From Candidatus Woesearchaeota archaeon (GTDB lineage Archaea > Nanobdellota > Nanobdellia > SCGC-AAA011-G17 > GW2011-AR18): a stretch of 16,212 nucleotides of DNA. The stretch is from NCBI GenBank assembly GCA_964372555.1, contig CAYJQZ010000009.1:1-16212 (forward strand). Direction: 5' to 3'. Of the stretch, positions 1-8,129 are shown piece by piece. Made by a program: the position numbers and the translations under genes. The stretch's first letter is position 1, and the number at the start of each line of letters is the position of its first letter. The notes below the pieces were generated by a model, which did no database searches, was not told the origin of the DNA, and saw only the letters and a list, made by a program, of their open reading frames with translations.

Positions 1-347
1 ATTTGCGGTGTTGATTGTGAAAAAAACCCCTTGGAGACAAGAAGATTTTGAGCAAGTGTTGTTATTTTTGGTTCATCCCTAAGAAATATGTTGACTGAAG
101 AAATTCTATGAACTGTTGCAAACTCTGTTGTTGGTGTAACCAAACCAGGAGATTCTGCAAGTAGTTCAATTTTTGCTGGTGATGTTGATGTACCTGATTC
201 TCTTACACCAGTAATATTTTGAGTTAGTAATTGTTCTCTGTCTTCTGGTGGTATAAATAAAATATATAATGTCATGAACAAAGCGATTACAATAAGAATT
301 ACTGCTATTGAACTACCTTCTTTTTGTGCTCTTTTGGACTTATACAT
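1..347 (-). CDS. Partial, N-terminal part of a pilin-like/membrane-anchored protein (3' end beyond window)
   Basis: Manual translation from ATG at 347 (minus): MYKSKRAQKEGSSIAVILIVIALFMTLYILFIPPEDREQLLTQNITGVRESGTSTSPAKIELLAESPG..., open to the window edge. KRAQ followed by a hydrophobic helix resembles an archaeal class III signal peptide. Absent from the ORF track because it is truncated. Confidence 0.75.
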   Translation of the reverse strand, partial: MYKSKRAQKEGSSIAVILIVIALFMTLYILFIPPEDREQLLTQNITGVRESGTSTSPAKIELLAESPGLVTPTTEFATVHRISSVNIFLRDEPKITTLAQNLLVSKGFFSQSTPQ

Positions 348-471
348 CAGGTTTTAAATAGCGCCTTGAATATTTAAAGGTTTTGTAGATTTTGATTATG
401 AATTTTTGAATAAATAGCTTAGAAAATTCAGTTCAGAGAAAATTTATATATTAAGATAATAGCTCTATCTT

Positions 472-1335
472 ATGCTATTTTGGTACTTTTTGGTTATTGT
501 GGCTTTGATATGGCTTTTGTTTGCTACTATAACTGATATTAAGAAAAAAGAGGTTCCTGATTGGCTCAACTATAGCTTGGTTATTATTGGTTTAGGAAGC
601 AGGCTGATTTATTCTCTTATAACCTGGGATTTTAGCTATATTTTATTTGGTTTACTTGGTTTTGTTGTATTCTTTGTTTTTGCGCATTTAATGTATTACA
701 CAAAACAATGGGGTGGCGGTGATAGTAAGCTATTAATGGGTTTAGGCGCAATGTTTGGAAATTATGAACCTATTTTCAATGGAATAAATTTGCTTCCCTT
801 TTTAGTTACACTCTTGATAAATATATTTGTAGCTGGAACTTTGTATGGAATTTTATACTCTTTGTTTTTAGGTGTTAGAAATTGGAATAAATTTGCAACT
901 GAATTCAGAAAGAGGAATTTTATGGAGGTAAAAATAATAGGTTTGCTTATTTTTGTTTTAATTATTGTTATTTATTTTGTTTTTAGTAAAGACTTGTCTT
1001 ATTTAATAATTTTATTATTGCTACTCTTATTTTTAGCTTTTGTTTTATTACAGCTAATAAAAATAGTTGAAGATTCTTCCTTGTATAAACTAATTAATAT
1101 AAATCAATTAACTGAAGGAGACTGGTTAGTTAATGATATTGCAAAGAATGGAAAAATAATATGCAAGGTAAGAAATATAGGTTTGACTAAAAAAGATATA
1201 GTTGCTTTAAAGAAAGCTCAAATCAAAAAAGTTTTGGTGAAAGAAGGAATACCTTTTGTTCCTGGATTTTTAATTGGGTTTTTAATAAGTATAATGTGGG
1301 GTGATGTTTTGGCTATTATGGTTGCTTTTTTTTAG
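472..1335 (+). CDS. Archaeal prepilin/preflagellin peptidase, A24 aspartic protease family (FlaK/PibD/EppA-like)
   Basis: Multi-TM protein with paired catalytic Asp motifs: 'DIKKKEVPDWLNYSL' and 'WGGGDSKLLMGLGAMFG' (GxGD). TATA-like 'tttatata' at 443-450. Confidence 0.9.
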   Translation: MLFWYFLVIVALIWLLFATITDIKKKEVPDWLNYSLVIIGLGSRLIYSLITWDFSYILFGLLGFVVFFVFAHLMYYTKQWGGGDSKLLMGLGAMFGNYEPIFNGINLLPFLVTLLINIFVAGTLYGILYSLFLGVRNWNKFATEFRKRNFMEVKIIGLLIFVLIIVIYFVFSKDLSYLIILLLLLLFLAFVLLQLIKIVEDSSLYKLININQLTEGDWLVNDIAKNGKIICKVRNIGLTKKDIVALKKAQIKKVLVKEGIPFVPGFLIGFLISIMWGDVLAIMVAFF

Positions 1336-1915
1336 TTTTGTAGAATTCTCTTTTTAATCTATCTTCATCAATTGGTTCTGATTTTGGTTTTTCTTGAGGG
1401 AAATTTTCTATTATCTTTTCTCTTGTTTTGTTTAGCTCTTCTTCTTTTACTTGTTTTCCTTGCCACACTATATTAACAGTGTCATCTTTTGTTCTAGGTA
1501 TTATATTTATTACTAAGTGGTCGAATTTTTGACCTGCTGATTTTCCCTCAGAACCAATTATGTTTACGCCTTCTGAGGTACTTGATAGTGCTATTGTTAT
1601 TTTTTTAATTATTTTACCAATATCTTCTGTTTCCTGTTCATTTAATTGTTGTACGCTCTTTATGTGTCTCTTTGTAAACAACAATGTGTGGCCTTTGTTT
1701 GCTGGATTTATTTCTAATGCCGCCAAGAAATTTGCATCTTCATAGATTTTTGTGATTTTTATTTTACCTTCAGACATTAAGCAGAAAGGGCATTGTGGTT
1801 GTTCTTCTTCAAATTGAGATATGATTTCTTTGGCTTTTGATTCTCTTTCTTCTTCTGGAAGAGATTGTAAGTATTCTTGTATTTGTTCTAGTTGTTCTTT
1901 TGTTAGTTTTGGCAT
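1316..1915 (-). CDS. HIT-domain protein with degenerate histidine triad and N-terminal CxxC element
   Basis: HIT-like 'CPFCLMSEG...ANKGHTLLFTKRHIKSVQQL...GKSAGQKFDHLVINIIPRTKDD'; canonical HxHxHxx positions read H-V-N. Confidence 0.8.
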   Translation of the reverse strand: MPKLTKEQLEQIQEYLQSLPEEERESKAKEIISQFEEEQPQCPFCLMSEGKIKITKIYEDANFLAALEINPANKGHTLLFTKRHIKSVQQLNEQETEDIGKIIKKITIALSSTSEGVNIIGSEGKSAGQKFDHLVINIIPRTKDDTVNIVWQGKQVKEEELNKTREKIIENFPQEKPKSEPIDEDRLKREFYKTKKKQP

Positions 1916-1946
1916 TGTTTAACTTTTATGATATATATTAATAAAA

Positions 1947-2774
1947 CTATTGCTTTAGCCTAACCTTCAATGCATTAATCCATTTATGTGGTTCTTTTTT
2001 AGTTAATATTCCTTCAAGATTAAATACGACTAAATTTTTAATACCCCACTTCAAAAATTTATCAAGATCTTTTTCAAAATCTCTTATATTATTATATATT
2101 GGTTCTGTAGTAAAAATCCCGCTGCCAACACAACCCACTGCAAAATATAATTTATCTGAATGATACTTTTTTAATTTCGCTTTTACGTATAGATAATAAT
2201 AAAACATAATTAATTTCCTTAATATCCTGCTTTGGAAGAAAGTTATGTAAAGAAAATGGTTTCTATAAAAATTATCAGTAAATTTTTTATAATTATCACC
2301 ATATGAACTACTTATGAAATTGGGAAATGGAAATCCACTAATAATTATTTTTTTACTTTTGAGAGAATTTATTGTCTTCCATAAATGTTTCCTAGTATCT
2401 CTTTTGTGTCTAAAGGTTTCAAATATGGCATCTTTTACTAATAAATATAATGAAAACTTCTTAAATAATTTGCTTGTATAAGGTATTGGCGGTTCTATGT
2501 CTATCTTCATATCAATCCCATTGAATGTCTTTAATTTGTTAATGTATTCAATTTTAGTAAATTTGGAAAACCAATAACCTTCTTTGAGTGGGAGTGTCGG
2601 CCATGCACCCCAATGTATATATCTATTATCTAATTTCTTCTTCCAAAAGTTATATTCTTTTATATCTTTAGAAGTTACGTACGCTTCTGTTTTAAAATCT
2701 ATTAATTTAATTTTATTTTTGGCTATAACTTTTGGAAATTCGCACCAGAATATTATTTGATCGAATTTTTGCAT
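1947..2774 (-). CDS. Hypothetical protein, possible (beta/alpha) barrel glycosidase-like fold
   Basis: Long clean ORF between annotated genes. Motif-like stretches 'HWGAWPTLPLKEGYW', 'DIEPPIPY', 'VGCVGSGIFTTEP', 'WGIKNLVVFNLEGIL'. No family recognised with certainty. Confidence 0.7.
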   Translation of the reverse strand: MQKFDQIIFWCEFPKVIAKNKIKLIDFKTEAYVTSKDIKEYNFWKKKLDNRYIHWGAWPTLPLKEGYWFSKFTKIEYINKLKTFNGIDMKIDIEPPIPYTSKLFKKFSLYLLVKDAIFETFRHKRDTRKHLWKTINSLKSKKIIISGFPFPNFISSSYGDNYKKFTDNFYRNHFLYITFFQSRILRKLIMFYYYLYVKAKLKKYHSDKLYFAVGCVGSGIFTTEPIYNNIRDFEKDLDKFLKWGIKNLVVFNLEGILTKKEPHKWINALKVRLKQ

Positions 2775-2804
2775 AGAATAAAATAAATATGGTGGTTTAA
2801 TAAT

Positions 2805-3080
2805 TTATCCAAGAGCCCTTCTCATGTCGATAACTTCTGCTGAGCTTACACCTTCTATAGAACTTATCTGCTCTGCTAGTTCTTCGGAGCCTTTTGATTC
2901 ATCAATAATAAACATCAGTTTAAGTGCTTTTAATCCAAATGCAACTGGCTCTATCTGATCTTTATCTAAAAGTTCTGCTCCGAATTGATTTCCTACTTCT
3001 TTAGCTTTAGTTCTAATTTCATTTAGGTCTATTTCTGGATCATCAGGCATTATTTTTATAGTTAAGAACATTCTTGCCAT
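2805..3080 (-). CDS. Archaeal translation elongation factor 1-beta (aEF-1beta)
   Basis: 'MARMFLTIKIMPDDPEIDLNEIRTKAKE...IEPVAFGLKALKLMFIIDE...EELAEQISSIEGVSSAEVIDMRRALG'. Internal ATG at 3080 preferred over the track start at 3131, because the upstream extension overlaps the Zn-ribbon gene at 3085..3258. Confidence 0.93.
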   Translation of the reverse strand: MARMFLTIKIMPDDPEIDLNEIRTKAKEVGNQFGAELLDKDQIEPVAFGLKALKLMFIIDESKGSEELAEQISSIEGVSSAEVIDMRRALG

Positions 3081-3084
3081 TTTT

Positions 3085-3258
3085 CTAATTTGGTCCACAA
3101 AAAGAACAACTTGGGCATATGTATCTAGCAACTATTTTTCTACAATGAACACATCTAACTATTTCTGACTGACCACATTTAGGACATTTGAATCTAACAG
3201 AGCCAGTCAAGTTTGTTATTTTAACACTGCAGGATGTGCATGCTAATTCTTTTGCCAT
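3085..3258 (-). CDS. Small archaeal Zn-ribbon protein (57 aa; HVO_2753/DUF1610-like), missed by the ORF track
   Basis: Manual translation: MAKELACTSCSVKITNLTGSVRFKCPKCGQSEIVRCVHCRKIVARYICPSCSFCGPN*. Four CxxC-type knuckles, 4-nt gap to the EF-1beta start, the usual neighbour of this family in archaea. Confidence 0.9.
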   Translation of the reverse strand: MAKELACTSCSVKITNLTGSVRFKCPKCGQSEIVRCVHCRKIVARYICPSCSFCGPN

Positions 3259-3338
3259 TGACGTGGAAACTTTACAAATGTTTATAAAGTTAACGAATAT
3301 AGAAAGTTTAAAGGAGGAAAAATAATTATTTCTAAATA

Positions 3339-4388
3339 ATGGCTAGAATATTATTTGGTGTTGTGAGCATTGGCTTTGGTCATGTTATAAGGAGCAAAGT
3401 TATAATTGAACATCTTATAGCCAATAAACATGAAGTGTTTATAGTTACAAGTCATAGGGCGTATGACTATATCCGGAAGCATTTTGATAATGTTTACAAT
3501 ATTGAAGGACTGGAAATTATGTTCAGACAAAATTCTATTTTAAACTTAAGGACAATATTAAAGAATTTGGAAAAGGCTTCTAGAAAAACTTATGATAAGT
3601 TAGTCAAAGTAAGGAAAATAATAGATAAATTTGATCCTCAAATTGCTATTACTGATATGGAGACTTTTACTTGTTTTGTTTCTAGAGATAAAAATATTCC
3701 ATTAATTAGTATAGATAATCAGCATTATCTGTTATACGGCAGGTATGGATTTCCTGAAAAATATAGGCTAAGCCATCTTAAGGCTTTGATGATAGTTAAG
3801 GGTTTGGTTTTTAGTGCTAAACACTACTTAATTATGGGTTTGCCTGGACAGAACGTGGAAAATAAAAACCATGTCTTTCAGATAAACTCAATATTAAGGG
3901 ATGAAGTTCTTAATGCAAAACCTAAAAGTAATGACTATGTTTTTGTTTACCAATCAACAAAGAGTTATGATAAATTGATAGAAATACTAAAAAGAATAAA
4001 TTATAAATTTATAGTCTATGGGTTTGATAACGATAAAAAAGTTGGTAACCTTGTTTTTAAAAAGTTCAATGATGGAAAAGAATTTATGAATGATTTAATT
4101 AACTGTAAGGCTGTTGTTACAAATGGGGGTTTTACTTTAATTAGTGAGGCTATATATTTAGAGAAACCTTTGTTGGTTGTTCCTATAAAAAAGCATTTTG
4201 AACAAGTTCTTAATGCATTGTATGTTCAGGAAAACAAATTTGGAGAGTTTTATAGCGATTTAAATGAAAATCATGCAGTTGAGTTTATAATAAATTTGAA
4301 AAAGTATAAATTCGACAAAATAAAGAAATGGAATAATGAGAAAGCATTTATGTTACTAGATATGTTAATAAGAAAGGAAACAAAATGA
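3339..4388 (+). CDS. MJ1255/VC2487-family glycosyltransferase (GT28/GT-B like)
   Basis: N-terminal 'MARILFGVVSIGFGHVIRSKVIIEHL' and C-terminal 'LINCKAVVTNGGFTLISEAIYLEKPLLVVPIKKHFEQVLNALYVQE'. Confidence 0.85.
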   Translation: MARILFGVVSIGFGHVIRSKVIIEHLIANKHEVFIVTSHRAYDYIRKHFDNVYNIEGLEIMFRQNSILNLRTILKNLEKASRKTYDKLVKVRKIIDKFDPQIAITDMETFTCFVSRDKNIPLISIDNQHYLLYGRYGFPEKYRLSHLKALMIVKGLVFSAKHYLIMGLPGQNVENKNHVFQINSILRDEVLNAKPKSNDYVFVYQSTKSYDKLIEILKRINYKFIVYGFDNDKKVGNLVFKKFNDGKEFMNDLINCKAVVTNGGFTLISEAIYLEKPLLVVPIKKHFEQVLNALYVQENKFGEFYSDLNENHAVEFIINLKKYKFDKIKKWNNEKAFMLLDMLIRKETK

Positions 4389-4930
4389 GCCTTGTTTTTA
4401 TAATTCATATTTTGTATTTGTTAATACCTGGTGCATTTGCAAATATGGCTCCTGTTTTATTTAAGAAATTTAATTTTCTTAATTATCCTGTTGATTTTGG
4501 TTTGAAATTTGGAAAAAATAGACTATTTGGAACTAATAAAACATTTAGAGGTTTTTTCTTTGGAATTCTAGGAAGTATTATTTTTGTGTTTATACAGAGA
4601 ATTTTATTTAATTATGAACTATTTAGAAATATTAGTTTAATAGATTACAGTAAAATTAATTTAATTTTATTTGGGTTCTTAATTGGGTTTAGTGTTTTAT
4701 TTGGAGATTTAATTGGAAGTTTTATAAAAAGAAGGTTAAATGTTGGGCCTGGTAAAAGCTTATTTATTGTTGATCAAGTTAATGGTGGAGTTGGGTTTGC
4801 TTTGTTTGTAATTCCATTTTATTTTAAATCTTGGAGCTTGGCTTTATGGATCTTAATTATTTGGACAATTGGACATTTGATAATAAAATATTTTGGTTAT
4901 TTATTGAAAATAGATAAAGAAAAAATATAA
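4385..4930 (+). CDS. carS: CDP-2,3-bis-(O-geranylgeranyl)-sn-glycerol synthase (CDP-archaeol synthase)
   Basis: 'GAFANMAPVLFKK', 'FPVDFG'-like 'YPVDFGLKFGKNRLFGTNKTFRGFFFG', 'LGDLIGSFIKRRLNVGPGKSLFIVDQVNGGVGFAL'. ATGA-type 4-nt overlap with the preceding gene. Confidence 0.92.
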   Translation: MSLVFIIHILYLLIPGAFANMAPVLFKKFNFLNYPVDFGLKFGKNRLFGTNKTFRGFFFGILGSIIFVFIQRILFNYELFRNISLIDYSKINLILFGFLIGFSVLFGDLIGSFIKRRLNVGPGKSLFIVDQVNGGVGFALFVIPFYFKSWSLALWILIIWTIGHLIIKYFGYLLKIDKEKI

Positions 4931-4949
4931 AAAGAAAAATAGAGGATTT

Positions 4950-5966
4950 TTATACATCCTTAACGCCACTTTCTTCTATGTTAAAAACTATCTCTCCGTC
5001 AGCTAAGTGCGGACTATCAATAAGTTTTGCAACTCTCGTTCCTTTCTTTCCTTTTCTAAGATAAATTCTAGTTTGACTGTTGTGTCCCACTATATGCCCT
5101 CCAATGGCTGCAGTCGGATCTCCAAAGAAAGTGTCTGGTTTTGACATAACTTGATTTGTTACATAGACTACTAAGTTGTAAGCTGTAGCCATTTTACTTA
5201 GTACGTGCATATGTTTATTCAATTTTTGTTGTCTGTCCGCTAACATTCCCCTTCCCGTAAAATCTGCTCTAAAATGTGACATCAATGAATCCACAATTAC
5301 TAATTTCACATTTAGTCCTTCATTTTTTATTAGATCTTCAACTTTCTCTGCAAGAAGCATTTGATGATCACTGTTGAAAGCCCTAGCAACTTTAATATTT
5401 TTTAGAGTTTGTGTTGAATCAAGTCCTAATGATTCTGCCATTTGCTTAACTCTTTCTGGTCTAAATGCACCTTCAGTGTCTATGTAAACACATATTCCCT
5501 CAGCTCCGCCTTTCTCTTTAGACAACTGAACATTTACTGCAAGCTGATGTGCAATTTGTGTCTTCGATGAACCAAATTCCCCAAAACATTCTGTAATTCC
5601 ACCAGCTTCAAATCCTCCACCAAGTAAACCATCAAAGGCCTTACAACCTGTAGTAAGTTTTAATAGATTCTTTCTTCTTTCTAGTAATTCATCACCAGAT
5701 TCAAAACCCATATTCATTGTATCTCTTGCTGCTTTGATAACTTTTCTTGCTGTAGCTTCTGTTAATCCACCAGCTTCAACTAATTCTCCTGGAGATGCAA
5801 CTGCCAAAGACAATAAAGTATCAAATCCTGATTCTTTTAATTTTTCAGCTGTTGCTGGTCCTACTCCTGGCAAATCTTCAACAGAATCAATTTTAACTTT
5901 CTTAGTAATCTTTTCTTCAGGCATAACCTCTTGTATCTGTTCTGTTATTTCAATCTTTCTACTCAT
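4950..5966 (-). CDS. radA: DNA repair and recombination protein RadA
   Basis: HhH N-terminus 'VEDLPGVGPATAEKLKESGF', Walker A-like 'GEFGSSKTQIAHQ', Walker B 'VKLVIVDSLMSHFRADF', 'QVMSKPDTFFGDPTAAIGGHIVGHNSQTRIYLRKGK', C-terminal 'RVAKLIDSPHLADGEIVFNI'. Start at 5966 preferred: GGAGG lies 9 nt upstream of it, but directly abuts the track start at 5975. Confidence 0.96.
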   Translation of the reverse strand: MSRKIEITEQIQEVMPEEKITKKVKIDSVEDLPGVGPATAEKLKESGFDTLLSLAVASPGELVEAGGLTEATARKVIKAARDTMNMGFESGDELLERRKNLLKLTTGCKAFDGLLGGGFEAGGITECFGEFGSSKTQIAHQLAVNVQLSKEKGGAEGICVYIDTEGAFRPERVKQMAESLGLDSTQTLKNIKVARAFNSDHQMLLAEKVEDLIKNEGLNVKLVIVDSLMSHFRADFTGRGMLADRQQKLNKHMHVLSKMATAYNLVVYVTNQVMSKPDTFFGDPTAAIGGHIVGHNSQTRIYLRKGKKGTRVAKLIDSPHLADGEIVFNIEESGVKDV

Positions 5967-6228
5967 TTTCCTCATCCTCCTCTTTTTCTTCCTGTGCTAA
6001 AAGTAAATCTTCCATTACTTTATTCATCAAAACAATTATTCTTGGTATGTCATGCTTTCTTAATTGGATTGTTGCGTCACGCCATACTCCCTGGTCATCT
6101 TTCCAGCTTTTTCTTAGGCTTACTGTTTTGAAACCTACTATTGTATCGTCTTTTATTTGTCTTTCATTAAGCCAGATTGCAGCCTCTAACTGACCTGACC
6201 TAAACTTCTGTATTGGTCTATTTCCCAT
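5959..6228 (-). CDS. Small conserved protein translationally coupled to radA, possibly a PC4-like nucleic-acid-binding fold
   Basis: 89 aa 'MGNRPIQKFRSGQLEAAIWLNERQIKDDTIVGFKTVSLRKSWKDDQGVWRDATIQLRKHDIPRIIVLMNKVMEDLLLAQEEKEEDEENE', with the ORF end overlapping the radA start. Confidence 0.75.
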   Translation of the reverse strand: MGNRPIQKFRSGQLEAAIWLNERQIKDDTIVGFKTVSLRKSWKDDQGVWRDATIQLRKHDIPRIIVLMNKVMEDLLLAQEEKEEDEENE

Positions 6229-6529
6229 ATTATTTCACACTCCATTGCTTTCGCTTTTTGTTTCAAACCTTATAGAAATAACACTAGCTACGGAAACTTA
6301 CTTCTTACCTCGCTTCCTTTGTTAGGTTTTTATTTCAATGAGGTCTAAATATAGTAATAGTAGGTTTAGTATTTAAACCCTGCGCGCATAACTTGTGTCG
6401 TGTCGCGTATTTGTTTACTGAAAAATATATGTTGGAGAATACTAAAGGCCAGAAATAACCTTTTTTAATGTTTTTTGATCTAAATAATTCTACTATTTGT
6501 TTATATAAATTTATATTCTATAGTATATT

Positions 6530-7174
6530 TTATCTTATGACCTCGTAATCTTTGTTTGTTGGTTTTATATATTCTTTTATCCAGTATAACATTACTTTTA
6601 AGTATCCTTTATTATCAAATCTCCTTGTTGAGCTTATTACTGGGGTTTTTAAAAGTAGAAATTCATTTTCCTTGTTTAATTTTTTTACAAAGTTTCCATC
6701 TTCACCCTTTTTTAGATCACTGAAACCTCCCACTTTAGAAAATACTTCTTTTGTGCAGAATACAATGCCATTTGTAAATGGTAGTGGATATAAATTTTTT
6801 ATAGCCATCATAATCCTGTGCTTTAACTTATTGCTGTCTGGTTTAATTTTGCATGTCCCATAGAATTTTTTGTTTAAAGCATTAGATACTTCTTCTAGAA
6901 CTCCAAATGTTATTTTTGTGTCTGCATCTAGAAATATTAATTTATTATACTTTGATAATTTAACGCCTTCATTCTTAGCTGTTGCCGGACCTTTTCTTTC
7001 TTTAAGAATAACAACTTTATCAGCTAATTTCTCAGCCATCTTATCAGTATTATCTGTACAGCCGTCACATACAACAATTATTTCATAATCTTTAAAATTT
7101 TGAGATTTGATAGAGTTTATTGTTGCTTCTAAATAATTTTCTTCATTGCATGCAGGTATTATTATTGATATCAT
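6530..7174 (-). CDS. Family 2 glycosyltransferase (GT-A)
   Basis: 'MISIIIPACNEENYLEATINSIKSQNFKDYEIIVVCDGCTDNTDKMAEKL...GPATAKNEGVKLSKYNKLIFLDADTKI'; DxD-like 'LDADT'. Confidence 0.9.
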   Translation of the reverse strand: MISIIIPACNEENYLEATINSIKSQNFKDYEIIVVCDGCTDNTDKMAEKLADKVVILKERKGPATAKNEGVKLSKYNKLIFLDADTKITFGVLEEVSNALNKKFYGTCKIKPDSNKLKHRIMMAIKNLYPLPFTNGIVFCTKEVFSKVGGFSDLKKGEDGNFVKKLNKENEFLLLKTPVISSTRRFDNKGYLKVMLYWIKEYIKPTNKDYEVIR

Positions 7175-7209
7175 CTAATAGCATGTATAGATTAAATTTA
7201 AAAACTTAC

Positions 7210-7653
7210 TCATATTATAAGTAAATACAATATACCAAAAACTATACCGAGAACTAAACCAAATAAAACGTCTATGAAATAATGTTTTTTAAGGTGCATT
7301 CTAGAATAGCCTATTAATAAAGAAATTAATATAAAAAACCCCGTGATTATTGGTTTTTTAATTTCATTTGCTAAAACTATTGCTGTATACATAGAACTCA
7401 TTGTATGCAAACTGGGAAATGATGACGCATTTATCTTTGTAAATAGATTTGTATATTCTTCTTTTTTTGGTCTTTCTTTGAAATAAAACAACCTAAGTAT
7501 AAAGACAAAGGTGTAAGCTATTATTAAACCTAAGGCAAGATAAATTCCTAGTTTGAGCTTACCAATTAAAAGCAAGAAAATTACCAGTATTGTATAAAAT
7601 ACTGCTGATCCTAGATTTGTTATTGCTGTAAAAATGTCTTTTGTTATTTTCAT
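7210..7653 (-). CDS. PAP2-family membrane phosphatase
   Basis: Three-part phosphatase signature: 'RLFYFKERP' (K/R-x6-RP), 'SSFPSLHT' (PSxH), 'GYSRMHLKKHYFIDVLFG' (SRx5Hx3D), with several TM helices. Confidence 0.87.
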   Translation of the reverse strand: MKITKDIFTAITNLGSAVFYTILVIFLLLIGKLKLGIYLALGLIIAYTFVFILRLFYFKERPKKEEYTNLFTKINASSFPSLHTMSSMYTAIVLANEIKKPIITGFFILISLLIGYSRMHLKKHYFIDVLFGLVLGIVFGILYLLII

Positions 7654-7654
7654 T

Positions 7655-8128
7655 TTATATTATACTTAATATTTTTGCTGTATAAAATATATCTAATGCA
7701 ATTATTATATAGAATATAAAGAATTCTAATGTTGCGCCCGTTGTCATTGGACCTTGAATTCTGAATGTGGATACTGGATGCAAGAAATTTATACCTTCTT
7801 TTGTTACTGCATCACCAAGTAAGTGTGCTATATATCCAATAGCTACTGTTAGTGCTAAAAAATTAAGATTGAAGTAACTTAATCCAAAAAAAAGTATGAA
7901 AACTGGAAATATTGAATGAAAAAATCCTCTATGTTTAAATATCCATGATATTGGTATTGATATGAAGAAGAATTTTCTTCCTATTTTGCTTTTAGGATGG
8001 TCTATGTCTGGTAAAGAACTAAATATTGTTACTAAAAATACAAATAGAAATGGAAAACTAACCTTAAATATACTTAATGATAATAATCCAATTAGAAATC
8101 CAAAAGCTAGATGTGTTTTAAACAGCAT
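7655..8128 (-). CDS. YdjM-like (DUF457) predicted membrane-bound metal-dependent hydrolase
   Basis: 'MLFKTHLAFGFLIG', 'FSSLPDIDHPKSKIGR', 'FKHRGFFHSIFP', 'GYIAHLLGDAVTKEGINFLHPVS'. Confidence 0.88.
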   Translation of the reverse strand: MLFKTHLAFGFLIGLLSLSIFKVSFPFLFVFLVTIFSSLPDIDHPKSKIGRKFFFISIPISWIFKHRGFFHSIFPVFILFFGLSYFNLNFLALTVAIGYIAHLLGDAVTKEGINFLHPVSTFRIQGPMTTGATLEFFIFYIIIALDIFYTAKILSII

Positions 8129-8129
8129 T

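Noticed and set aside
1560-1745. Track ORF + strand 61 aa
   Set aside because: Antisense shadow inside the HIT gene; low-complexity Cys/Phe/Ser-rich product, no motif.
5734-6131. Track ORFs + strand 88 aa and 66 aa
   Set aside because: Antisense to the radA N-terminus and the coupled 89-aa gene; both of those have clear protein signatures.
6552-7088. Track ORFs + strand 103 aa and 72 aa
   Set aside because: Antisense shadows of the GT2 glycosyltransferase.
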